Shown one piece after another: positions 59,281 to 64,000 of a DNA stretch of 64,000 nucleotides; the first letter of the stretch is position 1, and each line of letters starts with the position of its first letter. The stretch comes from an uncultured Verrucomicrobiota bacterium (GTDB taxonomy: Bacteria; Verrucomicrobiota; Kiritimatiellia; JAAZAB01): assembly GCA_964486075.1 (NCBI GenBank), contig CAZALU010000006.1, positions 55-64,054 on the forward strand, given 5' to 3'. A program made the position numbers and the translations under genes. The notes beneath the pieces were generated by a model. That model saw only the letters and a program-made list of their open reading frames with translations, did no database searches and was not told where the DNA came from.

Positions 59281-59502
59281 CGAACACGCCAAGTGTGCCG
59301 TTCAAAATCAGACAGCCCCACCGGTCCCGATTCCCGGAGATCGGGGCGCCCCACCTTTTTGTCCGCCGGCTTGTCCGCCATAGCTGTAGCTACGGAGGAA
59401 GGCGGATCCGCCTAAGACGGAAATTTCCTATACATTAAATTAGGCAGCAAAGCGGAGCAAATATCTTATTGTAGGGCGGGAACGCCCTACGGGCTTCCCG
59501 CC
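59281..59502. repeat. about 70-bp remnant homologous to IS200-like pseudogene segment at 27116-27245, plus REP hairpin
   Basis: shares CCAAGGTAGGGCGAAC and GGTCCCGATTCCCGGAGATCGGG with 27-kb locus; TTGTAGGGCGGGAACGCCCTACGGGCTTCCCGCC. Confidence 0.5.
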
Positions 59503-59636
59503 TCTGCTCTAAGGACAACATATCCCGCCACCCAATCTCCATCGGGCAATACCGTCCCAACCCTCCGGGAGGCCGGAAAACATGCCCGCTCTAAAATCAT
59601 ACCCGGTACGGACCTCGCCCATCAGCATAACCAAGA

Positions 59637-60875
59637 TCAGCGTTTTTTCGGCGCCCGGCGCCGCCGATCCAATCCAAAAGCCTTGTGCAGCGCTATCACG
59701 GCGCCGTCCGCCAACGCGCGCCTGATCAGCACCGACACCTTTATTTCCGAAGTCGAAATCATCAGGATATTGATACCCTTATCCGCCAGGGCCTTGAACA
59801 TCTTAAAGGCGACTCCCGAATGCCCGCGCATCCCGACCCCAACAATGCTGATCTTGGCGATGTCTTCGTCGACCTTGATGGACTTGACCCCCACCGATTT
59901 CGCCGCCGTCTGAATGGCCTGGCGCATGTCGGCCAGATCCTCCGCCGGCACGGTAAAAGAAATGTTCGCCAGCCCGTGTGCGCCGACGTTCTGAACGATC
60001 ATGTCCACATTGACGCCGGCGCCGGCCAGCTTGCCAAACAGCTGCGCCGCGATCCCGGGCTTATCCGGCAGCCCGGACAAGGTGATCTTGGCCCCGTCTT
60101 TATCCGCCGACACGCCACGTACAATAACATCTTCCATGCTCTTGACCTCCTCCTTGACCAGGGTTCCCGGCACACGTAAAAAACTGGAAAGAACTTCCAG
60201 TTCCACGCCGCACTTCTTGGCATACTCCACCGCACGCGACATAAGGACCTTGGCCCCCAAGCTGGCCAGTTCCAGCATCTCGTCATAGGCAATTTCATCT
60301 AGTTTTCGAGCCTGCTTGACCACGTGCGGATCCGCCGAATAAACGCCTGCCACGTCGGTAAAGATTTGGCAGCGATCCGCTTTCAACGCCGCCGCAATGG
60401 CCACGGCCGTGGTGTCCGATCCGCCCCGTCCCAGGGTGGCGATATCGCTTGCCGGGGTCAACCCCTGGAATCCGGCCACAATAACCACATGCCCTGCTTT
60501 CAAATGTCGCCCAATGCGCTGGGGGTCAATCCCGATTATTTTCGCCTTGCGATGGATGGCATCCGTGGTAATTCCCGCCTGGGGCCCCGTCAACGAGACG
60601 GCGTTCGCCCCCATGGCATTCAGGGCCATGGCCAGCAGGGCCACCGATACCTGCTCTCCGGTGGACATCAACATATCCATTTCCCGGTCGCTCGGAGTGG
60701 GCGTGATTTTGTGAGCCAACTGGATTAATTCGTCCGTGGTATCGCCCATGGCGCTGACCACCACAACCATTGAATTACCCTTACGCTTCATCTCCAGGAT
60801 ACGCCCGGCCACCCGTCGGATGGCTGCCGGATTGGCCACGGAACTACCGCCGAATTTCTGAACTATCAAACCCAT
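59637..60875 (-). CDS. lysC: aspartate kinase
   Basis: IVQKFGGSSV...VVVVSAMGDTTD; ACT domains. Confidence 0.9.
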   Translation of the reverse strand: MGLIVQKFGGSSVANPAAIRRVAGRILEMKRKGNSMVVVVSAMGDTTDELIQLAHKITPTPSDREMDMLMSTGEQVSVALLAMALNAMGANAVSLTGPQAGITTDAIHRKAKIIGIDPQRIGRHLKAGHVVIVAGFQGLTPASDIATLGRGGSDTTAVAIAAALKADRCQIFTDVAGVYSADPHVVKQARKLDEIAYDEMLELASLGAKVLMSRAVEYAKKCGVELEVLSSFLRVPGTLVKEEVKSMEDVIVRGVSADKDGAKITLSGLPDKPGIAAQLFGKLAGAGVNVDMIVQNVGAHGLANISFTVPAEDLADMRQAIQTAAKSVGVKSIKVDEDIAKISIVGVGMRGHSGVAFKMFKALADKGINILMISTSEIKVSVLIRRALADGAVIALHKAFGLDRRRRAPKKR

Positions 60876-60998
60876 ACTCTTCCCTCCCCTCCCCTGCAGA
60901 ATTTTCCCGCCTGACCATCTGAGTCAGGCCCATATGCGCTTCGCGATCGTGACATTTCTTATTGTAGCTGACGTCGTTGACGTCGGACTTCATTCTAA

Positions 60999-61024
60999 AC
61001 CGCGATCAGCGATCGCGGCTACAG
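60999..61024. repeat. solitary copy of the hairpin core of the 86-bp tandem unit (CCGCGATCAGCGATCGCGGCTACA)
   Basis: matches CCGCGATCAACGATCGCGGCTACA of 30091-30437 with 1 mismatch. Confidence 0.55.
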
Positions 61025-61049
61025 AGCCTTGAAACGCATATATCTTGGC

Positions 61050-62354
61050 TCAGAAATCCTCAATCCGGTAGCGCACGGTTTTCGCGCCAACAATATTTTT
61101 CATATTATCGATCTCGTCCAACGCCGCCCGGAATGATTGTTCCTGAGCCTGGTGCGTGATGACGATCACGGGCACCTGTTTACCGGCCTGCACCTCTTTC
61201 TGCAGCAGCGAGGCGATGCTGATCCCGTGTCGGCCCAGCACAGCCCCGATTTGCCCGAACACGCCCGGTTTGTCGAGCAGGGTCAAACGCAGGTAATAAC
61301 GAACCTCGCTGGCGCCGATTGCCCGGATCCGGCCGGCCGGATTATGGTTGGTAAAGCCCGGCGCGCGCCGGGGCGCCTTGCAGACCAGGTTCCGCGCCGC
61401 ATCCACAACATCGCTCAACACGGCGCTGGCGGTCGGGTCCCGACCCGCGCCTTGCCCGTAGCACAGCACCTCGCCCACGCCATCGCCGTCGATCAGCACA
61501 GCGTTGAACACACCATGCACCGAGCTTAAAATGTGCCCGGCGGAAACCAGGGTCGGATGGGCCCGGATCTCCACTTCGTCGCCGATTTCTTTGATCACCG
61601 CCAGCATCTTAATCCGGTAGCCCAATTCCCCGGCATAACGGATGTCCACGGCCTCGACGCCCCGGATGCCTTCAACTGTCACCGCCGGCATGGGCACATG
61701 GAACCCGTACGCCAGCGACGCCAGAATAACCGCCTTATGCGCCGTGTCGATCCCGTCTATATCCAAGCCCGGTTCCGCCTCCGCATAGCCGGCTTTCTGG
61801 GCATCTTTGAGCGCCCGCTCGAACGAGACCCGATCCTGTTCCATGCGGGTCAGGATGTAATTGCAGGTTCCGTTCAGGATACCGTAAATCCGTCGAATGC
61901 GGTTCGACACCAGGCCTTCCCGCAGGGAGCGAATCAGCGGAATACCGCCCCCCACGCCAGCCTCAAAGAAAACGTTGGTTTGATGCGCTTCCGCCAGGCT
62001 GAAAATTTCCTCTCCCCGTTCCGCCAGCAAAGCTTTATTGGCCGTAACCACCGGTTTACCCAAATGCAGCGCTTGCAACAAAAGTTCTCGGGCCGCCCCC
62101 ACCCCTCCGATGAGTTCAATCACCACGTCCACATCCGGCGCGTTCACCACACCGGCCGCATCACGGGTCAGCAAGCCCGGCGCCAGCGGCACACCCCGGT
62201 CCCGTTCTAAGTCCACATCGGCCACCCGGCGCAGGACGAGCTTGAGGCCGGTCCGGCTTTCAATCAGATCGCCGTTATCGCGCAGCGTTTTCACAACCCC
62301 GGCTCCGATAGTGCCGAAGCCCAGCAAGCCTAGTCCTATTTCCCTGCTTTGCAT
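61050..62354 (-). CDS. hom: homoserine dehydrogenase
   Basis: LLGFGTIGAGV NAD site; C-terminal ACT. Confidence 0.85.
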   Translation of the reverse strand: MQSREIGLGLLGFGTIGAGVVKTLRDNGDLIESRTGLKLVLRRVADVDLERDRGVPLAPGLLTRDAAGVVNAPDVDVVIELIGGVGAARELLLQALHLGKPVVTANKALLAERGEEIFSLAEAHQTNVFFEAGVGGGIPLIRSLREGLVSNRIRRIYGILNGTCNYILTRMEQDRVSFERALKDAQKAGYAEAEPGLDIDGIDTAHKAVILASLAYGFHVPMPAVTVEGIRGVEAVDIRYAGELGYRIKMLAVIKEIGDEVEIRAHPTLVSAGHILSSVHGVFNAVLIDGDGVGEVLCYGQGAGRDPTASAVLSDVVDAARNLVCKAPRRAPGFTNHNPAGRIRAIGASEVRYYLRLTLLDKPGVFGQIGAVLGRHGISIASLLQKEVQAGKQVPVIVITHQAQEQSFRAALDEIDNMKNIVGAKTVRYRIEDF

Positions 62355-62641
62355 AACTAATCCAAATTCTTTAACCGACCATTGCATGCGCAAAATCAAA
62401 AATGGTCGGACGCGACTAAACGTGTCTCTTCATATAAACTACACTTTAATGTTAGAGAGCCATATTGCGTTATGGCCGTTCCTTCCGATTTGTTTAATGG
62501 CTTCTCTAACGGCATGAATTAGGGAAATTAACATGCTCGCCCGGTCTTTCAAGCATAAATATTATTTGAAATCTACGTTGACATTTCGCGCCGCTGCCCT
62601 ACAATGCCAAACTTTGTCTTATTCAACACTAGGAGATTTTT

Positions 62642-63802
62642 ATGGACTACGGACTGACCGAACAACAGGTAATGATTCAGGATATTTGCCGGCAAATTGC
62701 GCAGGACAAAATAAAGCCGGTGCGAGAACACTATGACGAAACCGGCGAATTCCCCCACGAGATCCTCAAGATTTTCGCGCAGTCCGACCTGTGCGGCCTG
62801 TACATCGAGGAAAAATACGGCGGCATGGGCGGCGGAGTAATGGACCTCTGCGTGGCCGTCGAGGAACTCTCCAAGGTCTGCAGCGGCATCGCCCTGAGCG
62901 TGGCGGCTACCGCTCTGGGCACCTTCCCCATCATCCTTTACGGCAACGATGAACAGAAGCAGAAATACCTGCCGCGCATCGCCAAGGGCGAATCAATTGC
63001 CGCGTTCGGTCTTACCGAAGCCAATGCCGGCAGTGACGCCGGAGCCATCGCCACCACCGCCGCCCGCGACGGTGATTGCTACGTGCTAAACGGCACCAAG
63101 CAGTGGATAACCAACGGAGGCGAAGCCGATATTTATACGGTAGTGGCCAAGACCGACAAGACCAAAGGCCCGCGGGGCGCCAGCGCCTTCATCCTGGAAA
63201 AGAACATGCCCGGATTCACCTTCGGCAAGAAGGAAAACAAGATGGGCATCCGCGCCTCCGCCACGCGCGAACTGGTGTTCCAAGATTGCCGTGTGCCCAA
63301 GGCCAACCTGCTGGGCAAAGAAGGCCTGGGTTTCATCGTCGCCATGAAAACGTTCGACCAGTCCCGACCGGGCGTTGCCGCCCAGGCGCTGGGCATTGCC
63401 GCCGGCGCGCTGGACGAGGCCGTGCAGTACAGCCGTCAACGGCGTCAGTTCGGCAAACCGATCTGCTCGTTCCAGGGCATCCAGTTCATGCTGGCCGACA
63501 TGGCCACCCAGGTCGAGGCCGCACGCCTCCTGGTGTACCAGGCCGCCCGCCATATCGATAGCGGCGCCAAGGACGTCGCCAAGATCTCGGCCATGTGTAA
63601 AATGTATGCCTCGGACACAGCCATGCGCGTTACTACCGACGCCGTTCAGATCTTCGGCGGCTACGGGTACATGAAGGAATACCCCGTCGAGAAAATGATG
63701 CGCGACGCCAAGATCACCCAGATCTACGAGGGCACCAACCAGATTCAGCGCGAAGTAATCGGCCTGAATCTGATCAAGGAAGCCGCCGGCCGGAAGGCCT
63801 GA
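62642..63802 (+). CDS. acyl-CoA dehydrogenase (short-chain/butyryl-CoA type)
   Basis: ACAD N/M/C blocks; YEGTNQIQ. Confidence 0.9.
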   Translation: MDYGLTEQQVMIQDICRQIAQDKIKPVREHYDETGEFPHEILKIFAQSDLCGLYIEEKYGGMGGGVMDLCVAVEELSKVCSGIALSVAATALGTFPIILYGNDEQKQKYLPRIAKGESIAAFGLTEANAGSDAGAIATTAARDGDCYVLNGTKQWITNGGEADIYTVVAKTDKTKGPRGASAFILEKNMPGFTFGKKENKMGIRASATRELVFQDCRVPKANLLGKEGLGFIVAMKTFDQSRPGVAAQALGIAAGALDEAVQYSRQRRQFGKPICSFQGIQFMLADMATQVEAARLLVYQAARHIDSGAKDVAKISAMCKMYASDTAMRVTTDAVQIFGGYGYMKEYPVEKMMRDAKITQIYEGTNQIQREVIGLNLIKEAAGRKA

Positions 63803-63807
63803 GAAGA

Positions 63808-64000
63808 GAGGCGGGAAACCCGTTGGGCCTTCCCGCCCTACAATTCGGATTGTCCTGCTGTAGGGCGGGCACGTACCGTCCGCGGGATTGCCCACCGCAT
63901 CCGTTCCAAGGTGTATTGTAGGGCGGGCACGTCACGTCCGCGGGATTGCCCGCCACATCCGTGCCGAGGTTTATTGTAGGGCGGGCACGTCACGTCCGCG
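63808..64000. repeat. REP-like array, about 58-bp unit TATTGTAGGGCGGGCACGTCACGTCCGCGGGATTGCCCGCCACATCCGTGCCGAGGTT repeated about 2.5x, truncated by window end
   Basis: direct sequence comparison. Confidence 0.7.

Noticed and set aside
1-64000. tRNA, rRNA or intI genes
   Set aside because: Scanning the intergenic regions found no cloverleaf-like conserved tRNA boxes (GTTC..A / TAGC..GG arms), no rRNA-like segments and no tyrosine-recombinase ORF.

Overview
High-GC (about 58%) chromosomal segment from an anaerobic bacterium, by gene content probably a Desulfobacterota/deltaproteobacterium-like organism (superoxide reductase, sigma-54 activator, GspDEF, butyryl-CoA-type acyl-CoA dehydrogenase). 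Positions 1 to about 7600 do not look like ordinary chromosome. About 17 small same-strand ORFs are separated by short imperfect palindromes that each begin with ...AAC just after a stop codon and end with ...GTT just before the next start. This is the architecture of an integron gene-cassette array with attC sites. It includes two type II toxin-antitoxin cassettes (RelE/ParE-like plus antitoxin; HicB-HicA), several small membrane or secreted proteins, a PD-(D/E)xK-like protein, a 409-aa unknown enzyme and one ORF-less cassette carrying a large repeat-containing hairpin. No integrase is in the window; from cassette polarity, intI/attI would lie to the left of position 1 if present. The rest of the window is core and accessory chromosome. 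It holds an oxidative-stress cluster (wrbA, bfr remnant, tpx, ahpD-like, superoxide reductase) with a GAF/PAS histidine kinase and NarL-type regulator. It also holds HPr-domain oddities, a minimal gspD-E-F module, lpxA-fabZ, a decayed IS200/RAYT-like element, cbpA-cbpM, accBC-aroQ, a large BNR/sialidase-like secreted protein, holB-tmk-cysS-ispF, tandem acetate-kinase paralogs, a sigma-54 V4R regulator, valS, cimA-lysC-hom and an acyl-CoA dehydrogenase. The window is unusually rich in structured non-coding repeats: a 175-bp element in two copies 17 kb apart, a 4x tandem 86-bp repeat between cbpA and cbpM, a 130-bp nested palindrome, 'CHPERSEGS'-type palindromes, and families of REP-like hairpins (GTAGGGCGGGRACGCCCTAC). 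All protein calls are from motif recognition in the supplied translations; no database search was possible.
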